From NCBI GenBank assembly GCA_965222375.1, contig CBDCTZ010000016.1:256001-320000 (forward strand): 64,000 nt of DNA, written 5' to 3'. Both the position numbers and the translations under genes were made by a program. Below the pieces are notes generated by a model, which saw only the letters and a list, made by a program, of their open reading frames with translations, was not told the origin of the DNA and searched no databases. Positions 8,938 to 18,139 of the stretch are shown here, in pieces (position 1 is the first letter of the stretch; each line of letters opens with the position of its first letter). The DNA is from Polyangiaceae bacterium. Lineage in GTDB: Bacteria; Myxococcota_A; Polyangia; Polyangiales; Polyangiaceae.

Positions 8938-10536
8938 CTATCCCGGGAGAAGTTCGTTCAAGGTGGGCACTTCGGGCGCCCCGGCATCCGCGAGATCGAT
9001 CTGAGCTTTCTGCAACTGCCCCGCCAGGTCCACGTTCACGGATTGCCAGCGCGTATACGCGTCCAGCACCCAGATCCCACTCTCACGCGTGCCGTTTCCA
9101 CTCCAGCCGTTGCCGCCAAAGGGCAGGTGAGCTTCTGCGCCGGTGGTCGAGTTGTTAATGCTCGTCATGCCCGCACGGATCTCTTGTTTGAAGCGCAGCA
9201 TGGCGCGGGCGTCCCGGGTGTACATGGCGCTTGAAAGCCCATAGGGCGTTCCATTCGCTGCCGCGATGGCCTCGTCCAGCCCATCCACCTCCACCAGGTT
9301 CACGGTGGGACCGAAGCACTCCTCTTGGAACACACGCATGTCGGGTTTGACCCGATCGAAGATCCGCGGTGACGCATACAGTCCCCGTGCGGCGTCGCCA
9401 GAAAAACCCGCGGGAGCGTCGCCCTCCACGATGCGTTTGCCATCCAGCAGCAGCTCGGCGCCGTCATCGAGGCCCACGGCCCGCTGTGCGAGCCAGCGCT
9501 CCAGGAATCGCTCGTTGATGAACGGCCCGTAGTCGATGCCTTCGTCCAAGGGTTCGCCGATCTTGAGCAGCTTGGCGCGCTTGACCAATTGATCCCGCAC
9601 GGTTGGGAGCACCCGCTTGTCCACGATGATGTTCCCGCAGCTGGTGCAGCGCTGGCCGGCGGTACCAAAGGATGCCCAGAGCGCTCCCTCCACGGCCAAC
9701 TCGAGGTCGGCATCTGCCAAGATCACCAGAGGATTCTTGCCTCCCAGCTCCAAGGACGGCACCTGCAAGTTGCGTCCGCAGATCTCCCCGATCTTGCGAC
9801 CGACCTCCGTCGATCCGGTGAAGCTCACTTTGTGGATCAAACCCGCGTCCACCATATCCGCGAGGTACTCACCGGCAGCGCCCGCGCCGCCACCATGCAC
9901 GACGCTCAGTACGCCGTCGGGCAGACCCGCACGCTGCCAGAGATCGACGAAGAGCTCTGCGACTCCCGGCGCGTCGTCGCTGGGTTTCCACACCACGACG
10001 TTGCCCGCGAGCAGCGCCGGAATGATCTTCCAAGACGGCACGGCGATGGGGAAGTTGCCGGCGGTGATCATGCCGCAAACCCCGATCGGTCTGCGGTATG
10101 TGAACAGCTCCTTGTTCGGCAATTCGCTCGGCACGGTCTGCCCGTACAGCCGGCGGCCTTCGCTTTGGAAGAACTCCGCCGTGTCGATGGCCTCTTGAAC
10201 GCTGCCACGCGCTTCGCGAACCGGCTTGCCCATTTCTCGCGAGGCGAAGCGCGACAGCGCCTGCTTGGAGTCCACCAGCAGCCGCGACAGGCGGCCGAGT
10301 ACTTGCGCCCGCTGGGGTGCCGGAATCGCCGACCAGGATGCAAATGCCGCTTGCGCCTTTTCGCAGGCCTCCCGCACCTCTTCCTTGGTGGATTGAGGAG
10401 CGATGGTCACCACGTCATCGCGATTGGCTGGATTGCGCCGCTCGTAGCTCTTGCCCAGGTCCCGGGTTTGTCCCCCGATGCGATTCTTCGCGCAGAGACT
10501 CGCGGGGAGCCCGCCTGCCTGTTTTTTGGTCTGCAT
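8938..10536 (-). CDS. aldehyde dehydrogenase (2-aminoadipate semialdehyde dehydrogenase-like)
   Basis: ITAGNFP, WKPS, FTGSTEVG, LELGGKNP, GQRCT, EECFGP, LPFGG. Confidence 0.92.
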   Translation of the reverse strand: MQTKKQAGGLPASLCAKNRIGGQTRDLGKSYERRNPANRDDVVTIAPQSTKEEVREACEKAQAAFASWSAIPAPQRAQVLGRLSRLLVDSKQALSRFASREMGKPVREARGSVQEAIDTAEFFQSEGRRLYGQTVPSELPNKELFTYRRPIGVCGMITAGNFPIAVPSWKIIPALLAGNVVVWKPSDDAPGVAELFVDLWQRAGLPDGVLSVVHGGGAGAAGEYLADMVDAGLIHKVSFTGSTEVGRKIGEICGRNLQVPSLELGGKNPLVILADADLELAVEGALWASFGTAGQRCTSCGNIIVDKRVLPTVRDQLVKRAKLLKIGEPLDEGIDYGPFINERFLERWLAQRAVGLDDGAELLLDGKRIVEGDAPAGFSGDAARGLYASPRIFDRVKPDMRVFQEECFGPTVNLVEVDGLDEAIAAANGTPYGLSSAMYTRDARAMLRFKQEIRAGMTSINNSTTGAEAHLPFGGNGWSGNGTRESGIWVLDAYTRWQSVNVDLAGQLQKAQIDLADAGAPEVPTLNELLPG

Positions 10537-10648
10537 GGCCCTCCCATGCGCCGGCGAGCCGCGGCGATCAAGCCGCCTTTCCGCGGGCCGGTTTTCCCAG
10601 CATCTAGGCCGATGTGGCTAGGCTGTCCAAGGCCGGCCCGGGGCGGGG

Positions 10649-11398
10649 CTAGATCCGCTCGAGGATCTTCTCGGCGAATAGAAACGCGTCGCCGGGCCAG
10701 CGCGCGGAGACGTAGCGTCCGTCCTCGACCGCGAAGGCAGCTGCGTTGTCACCCCGCTTGCCGTGACTGAATAGGGAGATGGGCCCGCGTTGGAATTGCC
10801 GGTCGGCGTTATCCAGGCTGGCGCGCACTTCCTCTTCCACGTACTCCGGGTAGGTGCGGTAGTAACGCCCGAGCTTCCAAAACGTCGACAGGTACGCGCT
10901 GCGCTCCATGTACTGCGGCAAGCACGTGGTCTGCGCCCGGTGAAGGACGCTCTTTCCCGACTCCGGGTCTTTGGCGCGGGCGAGCACCAGCACGCCGTGA
11001 CAGATGGCGCCCACGGGCACGCCTCGCTTCCAGATGGCTGCGACGAGCTCTTGCAGCTTGGGGGAGCCCAGATACTGGCGCATGCCCTTGGCGTGGCCGC
11101 CGGGCAAGACCAATGCGTCTACGCTTTCCGGGTCGATGTCCTGCCAGCGCTTCGGACTATCGAGCTGACCGCTGGCTTCCAGCTCCTGATAGAACGATTT
11201 GGGTTCGGGCTTGGCGCCCAGCTGTCCGAACACCACCCCAGTCAACAGTAGCGGGTCGCAGCGCGCATCGTCGCCGTGCTCAGTCGCAAACACCACGTCG
11301 TGTCCAGCTTCACTGAGCAGCTTCCAGGGGACGGCTACCTCCGTGACGTCGAAGTCACGATCCGGCAGAGGCATGAACACGGTTTTCGTCACGTCCAT
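10649..11398 (-). CDS. DJ-1/PfpI (type 1 glutamine amidotransferase-like) protein
   Basis: FDVTEVAVPW, LVLPGGH, GAICHG nucleophile elbow. Confidence 0.87.
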   Translation of the reverse strand: MDVTKTVFMPLPDRDFDVTEVAVPWKLLSEAGHDVVFATEHGDDARCDPLLLTGVVFGQLGAKPEPKSFYQELEASGQLDSPKRWQDIDPESVDALVLPGGHAKGMRQYLGSPKLQELVAAIWKRGVPVGAICHGVLVLARAKDPESGKSVLHRAQTTCLPQYMERSAYLSTFWKLGRYYRTYPEYVEEEVRASLDNADRQFQRGPISLFSHGKRGDNAAAFAVEDGRYVSARWPGDAFLFAEKILERI

Positions 11399-11450
11399 GG
11401 CGTAACGTAGTTGGCGTGCTTGGTTCAAGCGTGCTCGACAAGACTGCAAG

Positions 11451-11502
11451 TTGGGTTTTTGGGGTCGTGGCGCTGGGGCGGATCCGGGGCACTAATCTCG
11501 CG
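11451..11502 (+). repeat. dispersed intergenic repeat, copy 1
   Basis: TTGGGTTTTTGGGGTCG-N25-TAATCTCGC. Confidence 0.65.
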
Positions 11503-11550
11503 CTGCCCGGGCTGTGCGGGTGAGACTTCTAAACTCGTGCCACAAGCGCT

Positions 11551-12729
11551 ATGACCCGCGGCATGCGGGTCCTCGTTCTGGGTGCAGGTCGGATGGGAAA
11601 GGCTGCGGCCTGGGACTTGGGGCGCCAGCCTGGGGTCGACCTGCTCGGCCTCGCGGACCGCGACGACGAGATCCTTCGCGCGGCGGCAGACGAAACCGCC
11701 GCTCTGCTCAAGAAGACCAAGCGCAAAGGCGAGTCACCCAAGATCGAGACTCGCGTACACGACTTGGATTCCGGGCGAGGGCTGGTTGCTCTCTTGGAGC
11801 CTTGGGATGTCGTCCTGTCCAGCGCGGACTACAAGTACAACGAAACCCTGACCCGGGCGGCCATCGAGGCGAAAACCCATCTCTGTGATCTCGGCGGCAA
11901 TCTGTTCGTGGTCGAAAAACAGCTGGCCATGAGTGACGACGCCGAGCGAGCAGGCGTCACGGTGGTTCCGGACTGCGGCCTGGCTCCAGGCATGGCGTGT
12001 CTGCTCGCCGCCTGGGGCGTCGAACGCATGGACACGACGGATACCGTGAAGATCCGCGTGGGCGGGCTTCCGGCTCACCCGCGGCCGCCCTTGAACTACA
12101 AGCTGGTCTTCAATCCACGCGGCTTGACCAACGAATACCTCGAGCCCGCCGAGGCGCTGCGGGACGGCAAGATCGTTCGCCTCAAGTCCCTGACCGAGCC
12201 CGAGGCCCTCGAGTTTCCGTACCCCTTCGGCACCCTAGAGGCCTTCAATACCTCGGGCGGTGCATCGACCCTGCCGCGCACCCTGCGTTCTCGCGTGCGC
12301 AACATGGATTACAAGACGATCCGCTACCCAGGTCACATGGCGATCTTCGCGGGGCTCCACGCCATCGGGCTCATGGGTGAACAGCCCATCGATGGCGTGG
12401 TTCCTCGGGTTTTCACGGAGAAGCTCCTAGAGCGCGCGCTCACGGATGACGACACGGATGTCGTCCTCGTGCGCGTCATCATCGACGGCAAGAAGGCGGG
12501 CAAGAAGACCCGGCTCGTCTTCGAGGTGATCGACCGCCACGAGCACAAGACCGGTCACTCGGCCATGGCGCGCACGACCGCGTACCCGGCGGCCGTCGTG
12601 GCTTACATGATCGGCGCGGGCGCCGTCGAAAAGCGCGGCGTGCTGCCTGGAGAGCTGGCCGTGCCCCTGGACACCTTCGCCCAAGCTATCCGCGCTCGCG
12701 GTATCGATGTGAAAGAGCGTTGGGAGTGA
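11551..12729 (+). CDS. saccharopine dehydrogenase / lysine 6-dehydrogenase family oxidoreductase
   Basis: GAGRMG, CDLGGN, DCGLAPG, VGGLP, EAFNTSGG, YKTIRYPGH, MARTTAYP. Confidence 0.9.
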   Translation: MTRGMRVLVLGAGRMGKAAAWDLGRQPGVDLLGLADRDDEILRAAADETAALLKKTKRKGESPKIETRVHDLDSGRGLVALLEPWDVVLSSADYKYNETLTRAAIEAKTHLCDLGGNLFVVEKQLAMSDDAERAGVTVVPDCGLAPGMACLLAAWGVERMDTTDTVKIRVGGLPAHPRPPLNYKLVFNPRGLTNEYLEPAEALRDGKIVRLKSLTEPEALEFPYPFGTLEAFNTSGGASTLPRTLRSRVRNMDYKTIRYPGHMAIFAGLHAIGLMGEQPIDGVVPRVFTEKLLERALTDDDTDVVLVRVIIDGKKAGKKTRLVFEVIDRHEHKTGHSAMARTTAYPAAVVAYMIGAGAVEKRGVLPGELAVPLDTFAQAIRARGIDVKERWE

Positions 12730-12732
12730 GGT

Positions 12733-12758
12733 TTGGCGCCGAGGGTCTGCGGCGCCGA
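12733..12758. terminator. GC-rich hairpin between convergent genes
   Basis: TTGGCGCCG-8nt-CGGCGCCGA, 4 nt after the stop at 12729. Confidence 0.35.
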
Positions 12759-12799
12759 GTCAACGCACAAGCCAATCGAAAAAGTAGCCTTGCACCGCC

Positions 12800-14185
12800 T
12801 CAGTCGCCCTCGAGGTAGAAACTGAGGTCGAACTCGTCGTCCACGCTGGTATCCCGCAACGGCCAGCCTTGCCAAGAACCGCCCGGAGCAGATCGCAGCT
12901 CTGCTCGACCCAGCACGGTGGAGTCCACCGAGAAGTCGTAGGAGAGCGAGCCGTCGCGCGTCGCTAGCACCGTGTGGGTGCCACCGTCGGATTCGATCTC
13001 TAGCGTGTACTGCTGATTGGCCTTCAAGGTCAGCCTTGAGGACGCTGGCCCGCTTCGGAATTCCGCTTCCGCCGGCGAAACATCTCCCCGCGGGTCTCCG
13101 CTCGGTGTGCCCGTCGGGTAGCCTGACACAGCGGTCGTTGCCAGCGCGCTGCCACTGCTATCGCGCAGCGTCAACGTCATCGAATTGGTGCCGGAGACAT
13201 GCATGGCGCCAACGGCAATGGTGGTGACGTTGAGGTCCGTTGGCGGGGTAAACGTTTGCCGCACGGAACGCGCCTTGTCGACGTACCTGGCCACTCTATC
13301 AGGCCCACTCACGGAGCCGACCTCCATGTACCCGTTGCCGAAGGCGCGACCGTCTGAAAAGCGATACTCGCCGATGGCCCAATGACGCACCCGCCGCACC
13401 CAGCCCTGCCCGTCATTGTACAGCACGGCATATTGAGTCGGGTCGAAGGTGGGCACGTTGAGGGATCGGTCGCTTCGGGCGGAAATGAAGTCGTCGACGC
13501 TCACGAAGTGCGCGGAGGGGTCCTTCGTCGTGTTTCGAAAAACGAGGTGGTAGTACTTGCCTGCTTCGACCGCCGTTGGCGCCTTGAAGGAGAAGTTCCG
13601 GAAGCTGTGGTTGTCACCCGGATCGCCTCCGACGGTCGCGCCGCTCGGGCCCGAACCTTTGTACATCGAAGGGATGCCGATGATGTGCTCCGTTTGGGCC
13701 AGTACGTTTCCACTTGGCAAGTGCTCCGCGGATCCATCATCTGCCTCGAGGGAAATCTGAAACGTGCCGCCGTCGCCCTTGTGGTAGTAGCCGTCGCCGC
13801 CAACTTCGCCTTCGACGAAGATGATGTATGGACGGACCGACGTCAGATTGCCGCCAATTGGGAAGCGCACGCAATGGGACACCACACGCTTGGCCGACCC
13901 GCCGAACTCCGTGTCGGCTAAAGACGCGGCGATCTGGGGGTTGCCCCAGGCGCCGCCCCCCAATGCCGCGCCGGCTGCGCCCGCGGCTCCTCCCGTCGCC
14001 CCGACGCCGCCGGAGCCCGCGCTTCCACCGGCCACGCCACCGCTGCCTGCGGTGCCGCCGCCACCCGCTGCGCCAGCGCTGGAACCACCGGCTCCCGGCC
14101 CCGTGCTGTCGGACGACTCGCCGCATCCGGCGGTTGCCACAGCCACGGCCACGATTGCCTGCAGTGGGGTTCGCATCATCGTCAC
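12800..14185 (-). CDS. hypothetical beta-rich lipoprotein with Gly-rich linker
   Basis: TAG-C lipobox, Gly/Ala/Ser linker, 461-aa ORF. Confidence 0.7.
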   Translation of the reverse strand: MTMMRTPLQAIVAVAVATAGCGESSDSTGPGAGGSSAGAAGGGGTAGSGGVAGGSAGSGGVGATGGAAGAAGAALGGGAWGNPQIAASLADTEFGGSAKRVVSHCVRFPIGGNLTSVRPYIIFVEGEVGGDGYYHKGDGGTFQISLEADDGSAEHLPSGNVLAQTEHIIGIPSMYKGSGPSGATVGGDPGDNHSFRNFSFKAPTAVEAGKYYHLVFRNTTKDPSAHFVSVDDFISARSDRSLNVPTFDPTQYAVLYNDGQGWVRRVRHWAIGEYRFSDGRAFGNGYMEVGSVSGPDRVARYVDKARSVRQTFTPPTDLNVTTIAVGAMHVSGTNSMTLTLRDSSGSALATTAVSGYPTGTPSGDPRGDVSPAEAEFRSGPASSRLTLKANQQYTLEIESDGGTHTVLATRDGSLSYDFSVDSTVLGRAELRSAPGGSWQGWPLRDTSVDDEFDLSFYLEGD

Positions 14186-14221
14186 ACGCTAGTGTAGCGT
14201 CTCAGCCTACAGGATTTGACC

Positions 14222-15184
14222 GTGAGATATTTCCCCGTGGCACTGCTTGTTCTGCCCGCGGCTGCGTGCGGCCCCATCGCACCAAGCGAAATGCCAGCCC
14301 CGCCTGCGGCTGCGTCGACCGCGAACAACGGAGCGGCCTCCGGCCAGGTCCAGCCCCCTCAACCACAGCCACCCGTGTCCGCGGCTGCGTCGACCGCGGC
14401 GCCACCCAACCAATCAGCTCCATCCCCATCGCCGGGGGCCGAATCCCCCAGCGCGTCGTTGAAGCTCTCTTGCCCCACCGAGATGGCGCTCGTGCGCCGC
14501 GCGCAGGGCGCCTATTGCATCGATCGCTACGAGGGCACCATCGTGTTGCGCGCTAGCGATGGTAGCGAAAAGCCTCATCGCGGGAACAAGCGTGTCCACG
14601 GCTTGGAGTCGAAGATCGTCGCGCGCAGCGTGAAAGGCAAGATGCCGCAGGGCTACATCAGCGGCAAACAAGCAGCCGTGGCCTGCGAGCGCGCTGGCAA
14701 ACGGTTATGCGAGAACGACGAATGGGTTACCGCTTGTCGTGGTTCGACCCGCAGCGTGTACCCCTACGGCGACAAGCGCCGGAAAAAGATCTGCAACGAT
14801 CGCTATCGCGTCCTCGACAAGCACCCGGTCGTGCGGCTGTTCAAGAAGCACGCGCCGCCGGACGAAGACGAAATCAAGATGTGGCATCCGAGCTGGATGA
14901 ACGACCCGCGTCTACATCAGATGTCCCACAGCGTGGTGCCAACGGGTGCCTTCCCGAAGTGCACCAATGACTACGGCGTCTTCGACATGGTGGGCAATTT
15001 GCACGAGTGGGTCGCAGACCCCGCCGGCGTCTTCTTCGGCGGCTACCTGATGGACACCTACCAAAACGGCGAAGGCTGCGACTACCGCACCATCTTTCAC
15101 CCCTTCGACTATCACGACTATTCGACGGGCTTTCGCTGTTGCAAGGACGCCGACTCGGAGCCACCTCAGCCTGCCAGCAAGTAG
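14222..15184 (+). CDS. FGE-sulfatase (SUMF1)-domain lipoprotein
   Basis: CIDRYE, GKRLCENDEW..AC, YPYG, GVFDMVGNLHEWV, GFRCC; AAA-C lipobox. Confidence 0.85.
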   Translation: MRYFPVALLVLPAAACGPIAPSEMPAPPAAASTANNGAASGQVQPPQPQPPVSAAASTAAPPNQSAPSPSPGAESPSASLKLSCPTEMALVRRAQGAYCIDRYEGTIVLRASDGSEKPHRGNKRVHGLESKIVARSVKGKMPQGYISGKQAAVACERAGKRLCENDEWVTACRGSTRSVYPYGDKRRKKICNDRYRVLDKHPVVRLFKKHAPPDEDEIKMWHPSWMNDPRLHQMSHSVVPTGAFPKCTNDYGVFDMVGNLHEWVADPAGVFFGGYLMDTYQNGEGCDYRTIFHPFDYHDYSTGFRCCKDADSEPPQPASK

Positions 15185-15220
15185 CTCGATCCGCGTTCGT
15201 TCCACGCTCGGTTGTCTTGG

Positions 15221-15377
15221 TTGGTTTGGGGGTCGGGGCATTGGGCCGGCGCAGGGGCGCTACTCTCGCCTTGGCCCATGCCGGGTCATCGGGGCCAGCC
15301 GTGGCGGCGCGACTGCGTGGGCCACGTCGGGAGTAGTGCCCCGAAGTGCTCCAGGGATACGACCCCCAACCCACCCA
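15221..15377. repeat. inverted pair of the dispersed repeat (copies 2 and 3), REPIN/MITE-like
   Basis: Copy 2 (+) 15221-15270, copy 3 (-) 15327-15377; inner TGGCCCATGC/GCGTGGGCCA also pairs. Confidence 0.65.
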
Positions 15378-15392
15378 GATGCGACCGAATCG

Positions 15393-15731
15393 TCAGCTGC
15401 CCGGAGGTGGCAACTTGCCGCCGAAATAGACACGAACCGCGGAGATCTTCCCGTCCGTGAAACGCAAATGTTCGGCGATCGGCATCGGACCGGTGGGCCC
15501 TTGCATCTCGTAGGCGACGAAGCCCTCGCTGTTCGTATAAACCTGGCTCGAGAGTTTCAATTGGTGGCCGCCGAAGCGCTCCAGGCAGGCATCTAGAAAG
15601 GCGTCGATACTGTCGAAATCCTCCAGGGGACTGCGGAACTGAAAGGTCGGCGCAACACAGTCTAGGATCGCTTCTCGATCACGGTCGGCCCAGCCTTGGA
15701 AGTAGCGTTCGGTAGTGTTCTTCAGGGTCAT
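15393..15731 (-). CDS. SnoaL/NTF2-like protein
   Basis: 112 aa; YFQGW.D.DREAI..., F.FRSP, AEHLRFTDGKISAVRVYFG. Confidence 0.8.
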   Translation of the reverse strand: MTLKNTTERYFQGWADRDREAILDCVAPTFQFRSPLEDFDSIDAFLDACLERFGGHQLKLSSQVYTNSEGFVAYEMQGPTGPMPIAEHLRFTDGKISAVRVYFGGKLPPPGS

Positions 15732-15739
15732 GTTGACAT

Positions 15740-15765
15740 GACGCAGAAGAGGGCCCGAGGTAACA
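15740..15765 (-). promoter_or_regulatory. ECF-type promoter for the SnoaL gene
   Basis: TGTTACC-N15-CGTC ending 8 nt before the ATG; resembles ECF41 consensus TGTCACA-N16-CGTC. Confidence 0.55.
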
Positions 15766-15779
15766 TTCGGTTGAAAAAA

Positions 15780-16718
15780 ATGAGCGAGCTCATCGAGCAG
15801 ACGAGACGCCTGAAGTGGAGCTACGTTCGAGAGATCGAGCCGCACCGTCCAGCGCTATACCGCTACTGTCGCCGCTTGACGGGGAATCCCTTCGACGCCG
15901 AGGATCTCCACCAGGAGACGGTCCTTCGAGCCTTCAGCAAGTTGGCTGAGCGCTTCGAGCCGGTGCGACAGCCACGGGCTTATCTGTTTCGAGTGGCGAC
16001 GAATCTGTGGATCGACTGGTGTCGCCGCGCCCCCAACTACGTAGAAGCCTCGCCTGAAGAAGAACCGGCTGCTGCGCCTCCCCCCGCAGTGCGAGAAGTA
16101 GTCGATGGCGTAGAAACACTGCTGCACACCTTGCCTCCTCGACAAGCCTCGGCGCTGGTGTTGCGGGACGTGTTCGAATTCTCCGTCCATGAGACAGCCA
16201 GTCTGCTCAGCTGCACGGAAGCGGCCGTCAAGATGGCCACGAGTCGCGCGCGTAAGCGCCTGAAGGCGCTTGGTTCGACCTCCGTCGGTGAGCCTGGGGG
16301 CGGCAGGCGGCCCGTTCCCGATCTGATCGAGCGTTTTGCCGTGTGCTTCCAGCGGCGGGATGCGGAAGCGCTGCTCGAGTTGATCGACGAACACGCTCAT
16401 GCGCGAGTGTTGGGATGCGCGGAGGAGCATGGGCGCGATGAGATCCGTCGAGGCTCGCTGCGCCGCGCGCTGGAGAGCGCTGCGTTCACGCGGGTCTCCG
16501 TGGAGGCTTGGCACGACGTGCCGGTGCTGATGGTTTGGTACGACGATCGCGTGGGCGACATGTTGCGCCTCGGTGCGGAGGGCGACAGGATCGTGCGTCT
16601 CGACTACTACTACTTCAGTCCGGATTTGTTGAAGGAGGCCTGCACTGAGTTGGGGCATCCGTGCCGCGACAATGGCTACGCAGTGTTCAAGCGCGGTTGG
16701 TGGAATACCGAGTCCTAG
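15780..16718 (+). CDS. ECF sigma factor with C-terminal SnoaL-like extension
   Basis: LYRYCRRLTG..FDAEDLHQET, YLFRVATNLWID, LVLRDVFEFS..E.A..L....AAVK..TSRAR, then ~130-aa extension. Confidence 0.88.
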   Translation: MSELIEQTRRLKWSYVREIEPHRPALYRYCRRLTGNPFDAEDLHQETVLRAFSKLAERFEPVRQPRAYLFRVATNLWIDWCRRAPNYVEASPEEEPAAAPPPAVREVVDGVETLLHTLPPRQASALVLRDVFEFSVHETASLLSCTEAAVKMATSRARKRLKALGSTSVGEPGGGRRPVPDLIERFAVCFQRRDAEALLELIDEHAHARVLGCAEEHGRDEIRRGSLRRALESAAFTRVSVEAWHDVPVLMVWYDDRVGDMLRLGAEGDRIVRLDYYYFSPDLLKEACTELGHPCRDNGYAVFKRGWWNTES

Positions 16719-16816
16719 CAGCTCCCTGGGGCGCATTGACGAGCTAGCGCACTCGTCGCCCGGGGCACCCTGCGCGGCCCCGATGAAGACCTCGGCCACT
16801 CGTGGTCCCGAGGCCG

Positions 16817-17812
16817 CTAGAGGCGTTTGACCCAGGCCGCCCAGGTCTTGTCGACCTCCTCCGGGGACTTGCCGACCACGGCTTGGAAGGACTTTTCGCC
16901 CGTGGGGTCCGTCGAGTAGTTGTCCCGCCAGCGCTGGTAGAAGGGCCAGAGTAGCTTCTTGGCGTCGAGCCATTGGCAGAAGTAGCGAGCGCTGGCGTAG
17001 TTCAGATCTTCGTGACGGCCGCGAAAGGTCGCGTCGCTCATGCCGAAGAGGGCCTGCGGTCGCGCCAGGTCGCGCTCCTTCTTCGAGTACAGAGCACCGA
17101 GCAGCCGCGGGTGTCGCCAATTCTTGCCGCCGACAATCTCGCCCTTCTTGATCAGGTAGAAGCGCTCGAACAGGGAGGCGATGCCTTCATTGATCCAATC
17201 CGGCGCCTGAGGGAAGTCCGCCTCGATGATCGGATGCACCAGCTCGTGGGTCAGCGTGCCCACGCCGGGACCGATGTTCATGACGATCAGCCGGTCATCG
17301 GAGAGATAAAACCCGTAGGGAGTGCCGCAGGGCCGCCCCCAGCGCTTCACGCAGTAGGCGTTGTACGGTGGCAAGTTGGGGAAGAGGTAGACGGCGATCA
17401 CGCGCTCCGGGCGCTTGTCGAAACGGCCGTTGTAGTAGGCGTGGAGTACCCGCTTGACCAGGCTCTTGGTGCCGGCGAAGGCGCCCCGGCTCATCTTGCC
17501 GGCGAGCAGGAAGCGCTCCTCGACCAGGGCAGTCTTGGCCCCCTCGCCCAGATCCCGGACGATTTCCTTTTCGCGGGCGGCGAGATCTTCTTCCGGTGAG
17601 ATTTTGGGGGTCGGCGGTGGAGTTGATTCCACTGCCGGTGTTTGCGCCGAGGCGTTTGCCGACGGAGCCGCGCTGCTGGGCGTAGCGCTCGCCGTGGTGC
17701 TCGGAGCGCGACTGGGTTGCGTCGGCGGCGTTGTACTTTCGCTGACCTGCGGCCGCGTCGAAGGTTGGCAAGCGCAGGCCGCGCACAGGAGCCAGGCAGC
17801 ACGTCTCTTCAT
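16817..17812 (-). CDS. lipoprotein with gluzincin-type (HExxH...NEG) peptidase-like domain
   Basis: LTHELVH followed by WINEGIAS; ACA-C lipobox. Confidence 0.7.
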   Translation of the reverse strand: MKRRAAWLLCAACACQPSTRPQVSESTTPPTQPSRAPSTTASATPSSAAPSANASAQTPAVESTPPPTPKISPEEDLAAREKEIVRDLGEGAKTALVEERFLLAGKMSRGAFAGTKSLVKRVLHAYYNGRFDKRPERVIAVYLFPNLPPYNAYCVKRWGRPCGTPYGFYLSDDRLIVMNIGPGVGTLTHELVHPIIEADFPQAPDWINEGIASLFERFYLIKKGEIVGGKNWRHPRLLGALYSKKERDLARPQALFGMSDATFRGRHEDLNYASARYFCQWLDAKKLLWPFYQRWRDNYSTDPTGEKSFQAVVGKSPEEVDKTWAAWVKRL

Positions 17813-17941
17813 GGGTCTGCTTTGCAAGTCGGTCGGGCTTGCCCAAGTGTGACACGTGGATTCAGCCGGTGACGGCGGTGCTCGCGAGAGCGCCAATTTC
17901 GGCTTTCCGCTGGGACCCGGCGGTGGGCTCGGGTGCGCCAG

Positions 17942-17987
17942 AGCGAGAGTTGGGCACCAAGCCGCCCCAGTGCTCGACCCCAAAGAA
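17942..17987 (-). repeat. dispersed intergenic repeat, copy 4
   Basis: TTTGGGGTCG-N23-AACTCTCGC on minus strand. Confidence 0.5.
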
Positions 17988-18054
17988 GCGCGATGACAGT
18001 TTGTCACGGTTGCCGGGGGGCCGCGGTGGTGTGCGCGACAGGCTGTCATCGCGC
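17988..18054. promoter_or_regulatory. two palindromic (T/C)GACA-N3-TGTCA sites, candidate enhancer (UAS)
   Basis: 17994-18006 and 18036-18048, centres 42 bp apart, within a 21-bp inverted repeat (18/21 match). Confidence 0.55.
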
Positions 18055-18103
18055 GGGGTCACGATTCGGTCTTCGTACCACTGACTTTGCCGGAAAGGTG
18101 CCC

Positions 18104-18119
18104 TGGCATGCCACTCGCA
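18104..18119 (+). promoter_or_regulatory. sigma-54 (-24/-12) promoter
   Basis: TGGCATG-CCAC-TCGCA, i.e. GG-N10-GC, 20 nt before ATG 18140. Confidence 0.55.
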
Positions 18120-18139
18120 CTTAGAACGGGCGAGCGCTC

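Noticed and set aside
15855..17120. 421-aa minus-strand ORF and similar long overlaps (9589-10770, 40169-41242, 51414-52769, 58038-59051)
   Set aside because: Shadow ORFs typical of high-GC DNA; no motifs, and they overlap well-supported genes.
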